Positions 29,646 through 39,505 of a DNA stretch of 61,444 nucleotides are shown piece after piece. The notes under the pieces are model-generated. The model saw nothing but the letters and a program-made list of their open reading frames with translations. It was not told the origin of the DNA and did no database searches. Source of the DNA: Acidimicrobiia bacterium. GTDB lineage: Bacteria; Actinomycetota; Acidimicrobiia; Spongiisociales; JAHEDJ01. A program made the translations under genes and the position numbers. The stretch spans positions 62,001 through 123,444 of the forward strand of contig JARGFH010000002.1 in assembly GCA_029210695.1 (NCBI GenBank), in the 5' to 3' direction. How positions within the stretch are numbered: position 1 is the first letter of the stretch; every line of letters begins with the position of its first letter.

Positions 29646-30167
29646 TTAGGTGTCCTGAGGGTCCAGCAGCTGCTTCAAGGCAGCAAGTGGGTGATCCGAT
29701 TCATCAGTATGGCCGGAACACGGATCGCTATTCAAGTCGGTTCCGCACTCAGAGCAAAGTCCTTTGCATTCCGGGCGACATAACGGCGCCAGCGGAATGT
29801 CGAGCACGACCTCGTCGCGAACCACCGGTTCGAGGTCGATTGTTCCATCCTCCTCGATGCCACGACCATCCTCATCCGGCACGACCTGGTACACCTGCAA
29901 GATCTCAACCGATCGGTCTTCCTCCCATTCCTCGAGGCACCGGTGGCAAACGAGAGAGACACGGAAGGCTCCAGTTCCAGTCGCAACGACGCCGTCCGGC
30001 AATGCCGAAACCCGCACCGACACCTCGACGTCGCCGTCGATGCTTCCACTGTCGAGCGAGACCTCCATCGGCCCGGTCATCGAATAGTCGCGATGGTCTC
30101 CCGGGCTGAAAGAGCCGACGCCGATCAGAAAGGGAGATCGTTCCTGGCGCATAGACTCGCCGATCAC
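29646..30167 (-). CDS. yceD: YceD/DUF177 family protein
   Basis: CHRCL, IDLEPVVRD, LCRPECKGLCSECG.DLN; upstream of rpmF. Confidence 0.9.
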   Translation of the reverse strand: MIGESMRQERSPFLIGVGSFSPGDHRDYSMTGPMEVSLDSGSIDGDVEVSVRVSALPDGVVATGTGAFRVSLVCHRCLEEWEEDRSVEILQVYQVVPDEDGRGIEEDGTIDLEPVVRDEVVLDIPLAPLCRPECKGLCSECGTDLNSDPCSGHTDESDHPLAALKQLLDPQDT

Positions 30168-30682
30168 TGCGGCACTTCGGGCGGGGCGGGGCGAACGCGG
30201 TGGAACTCTGCCCTGGATTCACGGATCTGCTTGAGCAGGTTGGCAAAGAGAATCTCGAGGTTCTGGAGCCGCTCTTCGGCATCGTCCTCTGCTTCGAGCC
30301 GTATCCGTCGCGCATCACCTTCGGCATGTCGCACCAGAGTGTTGGCTTCCTCGACTGCTTCCGCCAGGATGTGCGAATCGCTGACCAGTTCGCGCGCCTG
30401 CTCGGAAGCCGCCCTCCGGATCTGTTGGGCCTTCTCCTGCGTACGAGCGATAAAGGCCTCTCGTTCGCGGATCATCCAGCGGGCCGTGCGCAACTCCTCG
30501 GGAAGCTCCAGCTTGATTTGCTCGAGCGCCTGAATCATCGCCTCGCGATCCAATCGGACCTGGTCCGAAAGCGGAACCGACTTCGCTGATTCGACACCGT
30601 GAATGAGTCCGTCGAGGAGCTCAATCACACCCGCCGAGTCGGGAAGGTCAACGTCTGCACGATCTTCGGGAACTTCGCTCAT
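30164..30682 (-). CDS. DivIVA-like coiled-coil protein (SepIVA-like)
   Basis: VESAKSVPLS, LPEELRTARW, coiled coil; conserved position between coaD and yceD; ATGA overlap with coaD. Confidence 0.75.
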   Translation of the reverse strand: MSEVPEDRADVDLPDSAGVIELLDGLIHGVESAKSVPLSDQVRLDREAMIQALEQIKLELPEELRTARWMIREREAFIARTQEKAQQIRRAASEQARELVSDSHILAEAVEEANTLVRHAEGDARRIRLEAEDDAEERLQNLEILFANLLKQIRESRAEFHRVRPAPPEVPQ

Positions 30683-31155
30683 CTGGACCCCTTCGCATCG
30701 AGGGCCTGCTGGACTTCGGCCGGAACTAGCCGGTCGGTCGAGCCCCCCAGTCTTGCCACTTCTTTGACGAGAGACGATGAGATGTAGCCGTGTGACGGAT
30801 TCGTAGCGACGAAGCACGTCTCGATGCCGGACAGATGGTGATTCATCTGCGCCATCTGAAGTTCGCTGTCGAAATCCGCAACACCGCGCAGTCCCTTGAC
30901 AATCACGTCGACGTGCCGCCGACCGGCGTACTCGACCAGAAGGCCATCAAAACTCTCGACACTGACCCGGTCGACATCACGAAAGACCTCCTGAAGCAGA
31001 TGCACCCGCTCCTCGGAACTGAACATCGAGTTCTTGGATGGATTGCCGATGACACCGACCACCACCTCGTCGAAGATGGCGAGCGCACGGCGGATGACAT
31101 CGACATGCCCGTTCGTCGGCGGATCGAAACTGCCTGGGCAGAGTGCAATGGTCAC
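30679..31155 (-). CDS. coaD: Phosphopantetheine adenylyltransferase
   Basis: PGSFDPPTNGH, VKGLR, ELQMAQMN, ISSSLVKE. Confidence 0.96.
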   Translation of the reverse strand: MTIALCPGSFDPPTNGHVDVIRRALAIFDEVVVGVIGNPSKNSMFSSEERVHLLQEVFRDVDRVSVESFDGLLVEYAGRRHVDVIVKGLRGVADFDSELQMAQMNHHLSGIETCFVATNPSHGYISSSLVKEVARLGGSTDRLVPAEVQQALDAKGSR

Positions 31156-31694
31156 GGCATATTCCTCTCATATCGCCAGAGACGGGTGCCTCCATAACGG
31201 CGCTCATCGACCTTCACTAGGCCTGGCGGTGCTTCCGGCGGTTGTTCGCCATCGGGTCGGTGGAGAACGACCGAGCCGCCGACCGCGACCTTGTCCACGA
31301 TGAGCTTCAGTATCTCATGTACTGAAGCTAGTTCCAGTGCATACGGAGGGTCAACGAACACGAGATCGAATGGCCCGTCTGTTGCTGCCAGGAACCTGCC
31401 GACGTCGGTGGCGACAACCGAGCCTCCGAGCGCGAGCATGTCCACGTTCTCACGGAGGCATTTCAAGGCAGCCTGCCCTTGTTCGACGAAGACCGCAGAA
31501 GCTGCCCCTCTGCTCAGTGCCTCCAGGCCAAGCGAGCCGGAACCTGCGTAGAGGTCGAGCACCCGGCTGGCTGGGATCCTGGTCCCCAGCGACGAGAACA
31601 GCGCTTCTCTGGCGCGATCCATCATCGGTCTGGTCGACATGCCGGCCGGACTACGAAGCCGCCTGCCTCTCGCGCGCCCGCCGATGATCCTCAT
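31152..31694 (-). CDS. rsmD: 16S rRNA m2G966 methyltransferase
   Basis: MRIIGG.ARGRRL, LDLYAGSGSLGLEALSRGA, FVDPPY. Confidence 0.95.
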   Translation of the reverse strand: MRIIGGRARGRRLRSPAGMSTRPMMDRAREALFSSLGTRIPASRVLDLYAGSGSLGLEALSRGAASAVFVEQGQAALKCLRENVDMLALGGSVVATDVGRFLAATDGPFDLVFVDPPYALELASVHEILKLIVDKVAVGGSVVLHRPDGEQPPEAPPGLVKVDERRYGGTRLWRYERNMP

Positions 31695-34327
31695 GAGACG
31701 AACAGCCAGTCAACGGCATCGCCGAGTAGCTCCCGAATCTCGTCCTTGATATCTGGATGGCCGGTGAGCTCCGGATCGCCGGCGACCAGATCGAAGGCCT
31801 CGCGCCTGGCCGAGATCAGCGTGTCGGTGTCTCGCAGGATGTCGGCGAGGCGGAGGTCCGCCAGACCGGATTGGCGGGTCCCGAACACGGTTCCCTGACC
31901 ACGAATACGAAGGTCCTCTTCGGCCAGTCTGAAACCGTCGTTCGTCGCCACCATCGCTGCAATGCGCGCCTCGCCTTCTTCGGTGGTCGGATCAGTGACC
32001 AGGATGCACGCAGAAGCGTGCGCTCCTCGACCGACCCGGCCGCGCAGCTGGTGGAGTTGGCTGAGGCCGAACCGATCGGCGTCTTGAATCACCATCAAAG
32101 TAGCGTTAGGGATGTCGATTCCGACCTCGATCACGGTTGTCGCCACCAGGATGTCGATCATCCCTTGACGGAACGATCGCATTACCGCCTCCTTGTCCCT
32201 GGGTGGCATCTGGCCGTGCAAAAGCCCCAGGCGCAGGTTAGGAAACACCCCGCCGAGACGTTCAAACTCCGCAGTCGCCGAGGCGGCCTCGATCTTCACA
32301 CTGTCCTCGACGAGTGGACACACATAGAACACCTGTCGACCGGCAGCCACTTGCTCGTGCACCTCTTCATACACCGTGGCCAGAGCCGCCGGGTTGACCG
32401 CCCGCGTCGCGACCGGAGTCCGACCGGGTGGCATCTCTTCGAGCACGGAGACGTCGAGATCCCCATACAGAGTCATCGACAAGGTGCGTGGAATCGGTGT
32501 AGCCGTCATGATCAACAAGTCCGGATCGACCTCGATTGCCTTCTCTTTCAAGAGAACGCGCTGGTGCACACCGAAGCGATGCTGCTCGTCGACGACCGCC
32601 AGGCCGAGCCGGTCGAAATGGACGCCTTCCTGGATCAGAGCGTGGGTTCCGACGACAACGTCGATGCGGCCGGCCGCGATCCAGCCAATGACGTCGTCAC
32701 GCTTGGTCGTTCCCCGCGGCCGGAAGTTGACCTCGGCGTGGTTGGCGGTGAGCAAAGCCACGGACACCTGGTGAGCGCCGGGTGCCTCGGTGAATAGAGA
32801 TTCCATTCCGAGGTCGGTCCGGCCCGAACTCGACGGCGTCATCCCGGCTGTCTCGATCAGGCCGGCGATCCCAAGGAAGTGCTGCTCCGCCAGGACCTCG
32901 GTCGGTGCCATGACCGCAGTCTGATATCCGCTTCCGACCGCGGTCAGCAGCGCGAACACGGCCACGAGTGTCTTCCCCGATCCGACCTCGCCCTGGAGAA
33001 GCCGGTGCATGGGATGCGGGGCAGCCAGGTCGCTGAGTATGTCGGATATCGCCTCGATCTGGGCATTAGTGGGCGGAAACGGAAGGGTTCGAGTGAACGC
33101 CGATGACATGGGGTTTGCTTCCGCACCGACCAGGCGAACTCCGGGAGAATCGGCGCCGGTTCCCACCAGCAGGTCGCGGATCTCCGGCGGGTAGATACCC
33201 TTCGTCTCGGCCGGTTCCGTCATCATTGCCATCGTCCGGACGAGCTCACGGCTCGCGTCGGCCAAACGCTCCGGCGACTCGAGCAGCGCGGCCAGGTCCT
33301 TCCCGATCTTGCGTACCGCTTCTGCATCCTTCCGCTCGTTGCCCGCGATCGCCAGCAGATCCTCCGCCAGGTCGGGCACCTGATCTGCGAGGGCCTCGAT
33401 CCTGGCCGCGTCCTCGATTTCACCGGACGCAGAGGTGAGCAGTGTGGCGACGTTGCCTCCGAGCGAAGCGATGATTTCCTCGCCGGTGCCGGCCGGGAGA
33501 TCGCCCCGTGCCAGCCATTCGAGCTTCATGCGGGTGGCAACGAGCGAGAGGTACCGCCGCACCAGGTGAGGATTGACCCTGTGGCTGAAGCCCTGGGCCT
33601 GGTCGATCATCCGCCGTTTGTTCAACGCCAGCGCAACCTCGAGCCTGAACAATTCGTCGAAGACGAGCCGGCGGCGGGCCGCCGGGATGTCGGTCATCGA
33701 GTCGGGAAAGTGCATGTCGGCTATTGCCCGGTCCCGCTCCAACAGACCCAGTCGCGTGACGAGCTCACCGGGGAGCGGATCGAGCACAGGGCGCGATCGC
33801 AGAAGCGCATTGTGAATAGCCCGCCGCATGTGACCCGGCCCCACCTCACCGACGGATGAGTGGATCGGGACAACGCGTCCGGTGACCAATGATTCGAGAT
33901 CGCCGGACAGGACGTCGACGGCCGGACTGTTCATCTGCCGCCTGCCTTTGCGGGTTTCCAGTTTCCCGCTGACCGCCACTTCGGTCCCCTCCGTGAGTTG
34001 CCTGGCTCGGAACGCCTGGTTGAACCAGACGCAGCGCAAGCTCCCCGACTCGTCGGCGATGTCTGCCTCAACGATCGTCAGGTTGCGACGCGGGCGCCGC
34101 AAAGACACCTTGGTTACGCGTCCCATCACAGTCACCTCTTCGCCGGACGGGAGGCTGGCAATCGGCGCAACGGTGCTCCGATCGAGATAGCGGCGAGGGG
34201 TGTGAAGGATGAGGTCGGTCACCGAGGTGATATCCGCCTTGCGCAGGGCTTGACCACGCTTCCCCGTCAGGCCTTTGACCTGCTCGATGGGGACTGTGTT
34301 CAGATAGGCAAGGCTCCGACCGCTCAC
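31691..34327 (-). CDS. recG: ATP-dependent DNA helicase RecG with ~150-aa insertion
   Basis: Wedge OB domain; LLQGEVGSGKT, DEQHRFG, MTATPIPRT, QLHQLRGRVGRG, DLRIRGQG. Confidence 0.95.
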   Translation of the reverse strand: MSGRSLAYLNTVPIEQVKGLTGKRGQALRKADITSVTDLILHTPRRYLDRSTVAPIASLPSGEEVTVMGRVTKVSLRRPRRNLTIVEADIADESGSLRCVWFNQAFRARQLTEGTEVAVSGKLETRKGRRQMNSPAVDVLSGDLESLVTGRVVPIHSSVGEVGPGHMRRAIHNALLRSRPVLDPLPGELVTRLGLLERDRAIADMHFPDSMTDIPAARRRLVFDELFRLEVALALNKRRMIDQAQGFSHRVNPHLVRRYLSLVATRMKLEWLARGDLPAGTGEEIIASLGGNVATLLTSASGEIEDAARIEALADQVPDLAEDLLAIAGNERKDAEAVRKIGKDLAALLESPERLADASRELVRTMAMMTEPAETKGIYPPEIRDLLVGTGADSPGVRLVGAEANPMSSAFTRTLPFPPTNAQIEAISDILSDLAAPHPMHRLLQGEVGSGKTLVAVFALLTAVGSGYQTAVMAPTEVLAEQHFLGIAGLIETAGMTPSSSGRTDLGMESLFTEAPGAHQVSVALLTANHAEVNFRPRGTTKRDDVIGWIAAGRIDVVVGTHALIQEGVHFDRLGLAVVDEQHRFGVHQRVLLKEKAIEVDPDLLIMTATPIPRTLSMTLYGDLDVSVLEEMPPGRTPVATRAVNPAALATVYEEVHEQVAAGRQVFYVCPLVEDSVKIEAASATAEFERLGGVFPNLRLGLLHGQMPPRDKEAVMRSFRQGMIDILVATTVIEVGIDIPNATLMVIQDADRFGLSQLHQLRGRVGRGAHASACILVTDPTTEEGEARIAAMVATNDGFRLAEEDLRIRGQGTVFGTRQSGLADLRLADILRDTDTLISARREAFDLVAGDPELTGHPDIKDEIRELLGDAVDWLFVS

Positions 34328-36032
34328 TCCACTGAGAGATAGTAGGGGTAGAGCGGTTGATCACCGGCGACTACCTCGAACTCGGTTTCGGGACGCTGGT
34401 CGGTGATCCAGCGAGCGGCAGCCTCGGTGACCTCTTCGGTCGCTCCTTCTCCGGTTATGAGCGTCACCAATTCGCGTTCGGGATCGACCAGGTGCTCGAG
34501 CAAGGCCAGCAGTGATGCTTCGAGCGACACGGATGCCGAGGTGATCTCGCCATCGGCCAACCCGAACCAATCCCCTCGCCGGATCGGCCCGAAATCGACC
34601 ACGGCATCGCGGACCGCCCGGGTGACCTCGCCGGTGATGATCGACTCGGCGGCCTCGCGCATCTCCTCGATCAGGAGTTCGACTTCGGCGGCGTGCGGCA
34701 TGAACGCCACCATCGCCGCCAATCCCTGCGGGACGGACCGGGTCGGGATTACGTACACGCGTTTTGTGCTGTGGGCATCGACCTGATCGGCCACAGGAAT
34801 GATGTTCTTGTTGTTCGGAAGCAGTATCACGGTGGCAGCATGCAGCGACTCGACGACCTCGAGCAGGTCGGATGTCGAAGGATTCATCGTCTGCCCACCT
34901 CGGACGATGCCGGACGCTCCGGCAGAGCGGAACAACTCAACGATGCCATCTCCCGCCGCCACCGGCACCACGCCGATGGGGGCGTTGAAGAACTCGGCGA
35001 TCGGTTCGAAGCCCGCCAAAAAGGCGTGTTCGCCGGCCTGCTCGACGAGGTCGGTCACCCGTATGTCACGAACGCGGCCGGCATCTATGCCGGCCTGGAT
35101 TGCAGGTCCGATGTGATCGGTATGAATGTGGCAGTTGTACATCCCATCGCCTCCCACCACCACGATCGAATCTCCGATCTCCCCCCACCGGTTGCGAAGA
35201 TCATCGGCGGAGTCGCACTCCAAGAAGAACATGACCTCGTAGCGGGGCCCTGACTCGATCTGATCGGCTTCACCGGTCGTGAGCGCTTCGACAAACAACC
35301 GATCCGGGAAGATGACCTCCTCGCCGGTGACTTCTTCGAGGAATGCGCCGATCAGAAGCAGAAACCCGGCTCCACCGGCGTCGACGACGCCGGCCTGCTT
35401 GAGGACCGGGAGGAGTTCGGGTGTCTCTTCGAGGGCATGTTCGGCGCGTTCATAGACTCGGCTGAGCAGAGTTCCTAGTGGTCTGTCTGCTATTTGATGA
35501 CCGGGGTAGGCAGTGCCACGAACCCTGCCACAGCGGGGATCGTCCGGCAGGAGACCAAGTCACCAAATCCGCGACGGACCACTAGATCCTCCCCGACCGT
35601 GGTTCCCGCCTCTGCTGCGGATTCGGCAGCGGCCCGCAACACGGTCAGGATCGTTCCCTCCACCGGACGCAGCACGGCTTGATAGGCGGCCGCTGAAGCG
35701 ATGTCGAGAGCTTCGATGAGATCGGCCGTCCCGACCTCTGACAGAGAACGAAACGTATCGGACAAGCCCCGCAGTATCTGCGACAGGATTACCCCGCTGT
35801 TGCCGCGGGCGCCCATCAACGACCCGTGGGCGATCGCCTCAGTTATCTCTGCCATGGTCTCGGCGTCGCCAAATGCCTCGATCACCGCGCCGACGGTCAG
35901 CGCCATATTCGTGCCGGTATCGCCATCGGGCACCGGGTACACGTTGAGCCGATTGAGGGCATCACGATGTTCACCGAGCCGTTGGTGATACCGTTCGATG
36001 ATCCGTTTGAGGCGCCCGGCACTGAGCCGCAT
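34324..36032 (-). pseudogene. fakA: DAK2-domain fatty acid kinase subunit FakA, frameshifted by a MITE
   Basis: LNVYPVPDGDTGTNM and GARGNSGVILSQ upstream; LKQAGVVDAGG and GGQTMNPST downstream; removing the 107-bp insertion restores ...GEDLGTLLSR... Confidence 0.88.
35475..35585 (-). mobile_element. MITE copy 3, inside fakA
   Basis: Identical to copy 2; CTAG at 35475-78 and 35582-85. Confidence 0.9.
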
Positions 36033-36127
36033 AGATGATCTTCCTCGGATCGGGTCGGCCGAGTATACGGATTTCAGCCCAACTGCTCCGGTGCTAAGCT
36101 TCGGCGCCGTTCCCCAAAGGTTTATCG

Positions 36128-36316
36128 ATGTCCTATCGCTGCGAAGTCTGTAACAAAGAACCGAGCTTTGGCAAGAAGGTTTCCTTCTCGCACAAGCGCT
36201 CGAACCGTCGCTGGACGCCCAATATCCAGCGTGTCCGGGTGAAGCATGGTTCCAATACCAGGCGAGTGCGCGTCTGCACCTCCTGTCTCAAAGCCGGCAA
36301 GGTCGAAAAGGCCTAG
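36128..36316 (+). CDS. rpmB: 50S ribosomal protein L28
   Basis: [26 protein letters not shown]...[11 protein letters not shown]. Confidence 0.96.
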   Translation: MSYRCEVCNKEPSFGKKVSFSHKRSNRRWTPNIQRVRVKHGSNTRRVRVCTSCLKAGKVEKA

Positions 36317-36322
36317 ACGGCT

Positions 36323-36538
36323 GTGATTCAGGGCGTCGTCAAAACGTACGACACCGGCACTCAGACGGGCGTCGTCATTCTCGATCCGGGTCACGACGAG
36401 GTCTTCCTTCGCCCCGGTTCGCTGGAGGGCAGCATGTTTCGTTTCCTCCGTCAGGGCCAACGCATCACCTTCGAACTCCTCGAAGAAAACGACCAGAGCT
36501 TCGTGACGAACGTTCGCATCGGCCACGACGGATATTGA
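36323..36538 (+). CDS. Small cold-shock-like OB-fold protein
   Basis: QGVVKTYD...G.I.......EVF......FRFLRQGQRITF resembles a CSD. Confidence 0.65.
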   Translation: MIQGVVKTYDTGTQTGVVILDPGHDEVFLRPGSLEGSMFRFLRQGQRITFELLEENDQSFVTNVRIGHDGY

Positions 36539-36541
36539 GCG

Positions 36542-36569
36542 AGTCGCGAGTCGCGAGTCGCTAGTCGCG
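36542..36569. repeat. Heptamer microsatellite (AGTCGCG)4
   Basis: AGTCGCG AGTCGCG AGTCGCT AGTCGCG between convergent genes. Confidence 0.85.
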
Positions 36570-36575
36570 GGTTGC

Positions 36576-37379
36576 TCAGCGGCGCAGCTTGCGGGCTCGC
36601 TTGGCCATCATCTTGTAGACGCGGTCGTATGAAGGGGGTGGGCCCTTCTGAACCGTCTTCCCGTCGACCAATACGCAGTCTGACTGCCCGCACTCGATCA
36701 TTGCCGACTGCTCGCTCGTATCGATGCTCTCGAACACGACGTCATCACCAAGGGCGGCGGCAGCCCTCTTGGCCCGCTCGTAGACTATGTTGCTCGCCGG
36801 GCACCAACCGTTGACGAACGCCGTGACCGCCACCTTGCCTTTGACCCGTGTCGGCTTGGGGCCTTCTTCGATCCAATGCGGGGCTGTCGCCTCCTCCATG
36901 AATGGCTTCCACATCAGCGCGCGTATGCCGATCCGGTCGACCCGGCGATAGCCGTGCTTCTTGAACCACCCGGCTTTCATCCAAAACGGAAGCACGACAC
37001 CCCAGGCCACGATCCCCTTCGCCCCTAACTCCCGGGTGTCACGTTCGGCAGCCGCCAGTAGCGCCGAGCCCACCCCCCGGCCCTGTCGATTGCCCACCCC
37101 GCCCTTGTAGCCGTGCACCCAGACGCACATGATCATGTAGAGATCGATGCCAACGGCCGGTGAGTGCTCGATTGGCAGGTACTGAATCATTCCGACCGGC
37201 CGGCCGTCATCGCCCAGCGCCAGTTTGACCCGCAGTCCGCGGTCCCGCATGAGGCGATACCAGCGAGCTTTGTGATCCCCTGCCTCCGCCATCTCGTCGG
37301 ACCAGTCCTCCAGGCAGACCAGGTAGGACTTCTCGTACTGATCGGACAGATCCACGATGTCCATCTGAGCTTCCCGCAT
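36576..37379 (-). CDS. GNAT acetyltransferase with C-terminal thioredoxin-like domain
   Basis: RQGRGVGSALL acetyl-CoA motif; VNGWCP C-terminal domain. Confidence 0.75.
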   Translation of the reverse strand: MREAQMDIVDLSDQYEKSYLVCLEDWSDEMAEAGDHKARWYRLMRDRGLRVKLALGDDGRPVGMIQYLPIEHSPAVGIDLYMIMCVWVHGYKGGVGNRQGRGVGSALLAAAERDTRELGAKGIVAWGVVLPFWMKAGWFKKHGYRRVDRIGIRALMWKPFMEEATAPHWIEEGPKPTRVKGKVAVTAFVNGWCPASNIVYERAKRAAAALGDDVVFESIDTSEQSAMIECGQSDCVLVDGKTVQKGPPPSYDRVYKMMAKRARKLRR

Positions 37380-37454
37380 AGTCAGAACCTACACGTCGGG
37401 TGTGAATGCGGCCCGCTCAGATGGACGGCGAAGCCGATGTGACCGGGGCACTTC

Positions 37455-37937
37455 CTAGTTGACGTCGCCGAGGTACCTTGCGCCATCAATACGCCCGGCC
37501 GCCATGCCAATCAAACCCGGAACAAGCGCGGCCGGGAAGAGCCGAATATGCGGCAGATCCTCCAGCCGGATCCAATCAACCGACAACTGCCAAGCGTCTT
37601 CCTCGACCGGCGTGGCCGGTCGTTGTGATCGGTCGACCGAGCACCAGAACATCACCTCGACCTGGTGGACGTCCGGTTCGTATGCAGCGAACGAATGGCT
37701 GGCCCCGATGTAGTCCCGCACCCAAAGCACGTCCCCGACTTCGATCGAGTAGCCGGTTTCTTCGAACACTTCGCGTCTCAAGCATTCATCGAGTGGTTCG
37801 CCGTGGTGCTGACCGCCGCCCGGCAGTAGAAAGAACTCGCCGTCGGGATCATCGGGATGAAGGTTGCGAGTCAGGAGAATCTCACCGCGCTCGATGACGA
37901 CGGCCTTCGAGGCCACGCGAATGGGAATATCGACCAT
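37455..37937 (-). CDS. NUDIX hydrolase
   Basis: PGGGQHHGEPLDECLRREVFEETG Nudix box. Confidence 0.9.
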   Translation of the reverse strand: MVDIPIRVASKAVVIERGEILLTRNLHPDDPDGEFFLLPGGGQHHGEPLDECLRREVFEETGYSIEVGDVLWVRDYIGASHSFAAYEPDVHQVEVMFWCSVDRSQRPATPVEEDAWQLSVDWIRLEDLPHIRLFPAALVPGLIGMAAGRIDGARYLGDVN

Positions 37938-37961
37938 TGCTCGCCAGCGTAGCGGTACGCC

Positions 37962-39209
37962 TTACGAAGCCCTCAGCCACGCTCGCACCTGTTCCTGTAC
38001 GAGGGGATCGTGGAGCAGATCGAAGTGGCGCCGGCCCCCAAGCACTCGAACATCGGTGGCCTCGACCAGGCGTCGGCGACCTCGCCCGATTCCACTGCCG
38101 GAACGGACGATGAGGTCGCCGAAGAGAACGCCGACGGGGTGTCGGGGTTCGGTGGTCACCACGCCGGTGATGAAATGCTGCTCGATGGCTCCCGGGAGCG
38201 AGAAATCCTCGACGAGATCTCGCCAGAGTGCGTCCGGGTCGGATCCGCGCCAGTCAGCTTCCCTGATGGCGCCGAACCGAAGGTCCTTGATGCCGGCGCT
38301 CCGCTGATTGATGAACTCGCTCAGCGGGCGACTCTCCTGAACGAAGCTGAGCGCCCAGGCAATCAGGTTGGCTCCCTTCTCGAGCGGCGCACCGAGGTGC
38401 GGCGAACCGAGGGTTACAACGTGCCCGACCAGTCCCGTCCAGCGATGCTCGGCGGAGAACCCGGCGTGGACGGTACTGCGAGCCAATAGGCCACCCATCG
38501 AGTTCCCAACGAGCACAACCTCCTCAACCCCCACCGGCCAGGACCGAACGGTCTCCTCGAGCAGGGAGGCCAGCGCGACCCCGTTGTCGGACACGTGCTT
38601 TCCAGTGTTGTAACGCACGAGCAACGGGGTGAAGGAGTCGGCCGCCAGGATGTCGCCCATCCCGGGTGTAGCCCCTTCGTCTTCCGCTCGCCCCTGGAAG
38701 CATCGCTCGGTCTCCCCCAGCCCGTGGAGCAAGACGGCCAGCCGGGGGGTGGGATCTGCGTAAGCGAGCGATAGTGAAGCGGGATCGGTGCGGATCGGCT
38801 CGCCGGCGGAGTCGCGCAGGCTCAGCTCGATGGACAGGTTGCTGCTCCTACGTTCGAGCTCGTCACCCCAGACCGCGTTCACGGTCGACTGGATGCCGCG
38901 GCCCGGACCGGAATGCCACAGCGGACGCGTCCGCTTCCGACTTCCGGCGATCGCCGCCCCGATGCCCACGGCTGCCCCCAGAACAGACCCGGTGAAGCGC
39001 ACCGATTGGTAGATGCTCGCCGTGAGAGCGCGGTACGCCTTGCGACCGGAGGCCGCTCCAGGACCGGCAATACCGAACCAGCGGTCCGCGATCGCGTTGT
39101 GCATTCCCTCAACGGGTGCGGTCAGGCGCTCTGTCGCCAGGGCGACGAGATCCCCCACGCCCTGCCAGTCGCCGGGGGTCCGGTGGTCTCCGGACGGCTC
39201 ACCGGGCAC
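37962..39209 (-). CDS. Alpha/beta hydrolase (PGAP1-like esterase/lipase)
   Basis: LLHGL, RYNTG.HVSDNG, GNSMGG, LGSPHLGAPLE, GDLIV, HFDLL. Confidence 0.82.
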   Translation of the reverse strand: MPGEPSGDHRTPGDWQGVGDLVALATERLTAPVEGMHNAIADRWFGIAGPGAASGRKAYRALTASIYQSVRFTGSVLGAAVGIGAAIAGSRKRTRPLWHSGPGRGIQSTVNAVWGDELERRSSNLSIELSLRDSAGEPIRTDPASLSLAYADPTPRLAVLLHGLGETERCFQGRAEDEGATPGMGDILAADSFTPLLVRYNTGKHVSDNGVALASLLEETVRSWPVGVEEVVLVGNSMGGLLARSTVHAGFSAEHRWTGLVGHVVTLGSPHLGAPLEKGANLIAWALSFVQESRPLSEFINQRSAGIKDLRFGAIREADWRGSDPDALWRDLVEDFSLPGAIEQHFITGVVTTEPRHPVGVLFGDLIVRSGSGIGRGRRRLVEATDVRVLGGRRHFDLLHDPLVQEQVRAWLRAS

Positions 39210-39226
39210 GTTGGTATCTGGTTTCG

Positions 39227-39460
39227 CTAGAGGTTCACCACCGGACAGGTGAGCGTCCGGGTGATCCCTTCAATAGCCTGGATGCGCGCCACCACCAGCT
39301 TGCCGAGCTGGTCGACATCTCCGGCCGACGCCTTAACGACAACGTCGTACGGGCCGGTTACGTCGTCTGCTGCTTCGACGCCGGGAATCTTGCGCGCTTC
39401 TTCGACTACCGAGGCAGCTTTGCCGACCTCGGTTTGGATCAGCACGTACGCTTGGACCAC
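39227..39460 (-). CDS. Lrp/AsnC ligand-binding domain protein
   Basis: VQAYVLIQTEVGKA...VTGPYDVV...RTLTCPVV; GGAGG RBS. Confidence 0.88.
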   Translation of the reverse strand: MVQAYVLIQTEVGKAASVVEEARKIPGVEAADDVTGPYDVVVKASAGDVDQLGKLVVARIQAIEGITRTLTCPVVNL

Positions 39461-39505
39461 GGGCCCTCCTTCTGTCTGGGTTGTTTCGGACAATACCACT
39501 TCAGG

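Noticed and set aside
33098..33541. Intein in RecG
   Set aside because: No intein terminal residues or homing-endonuclease motifs
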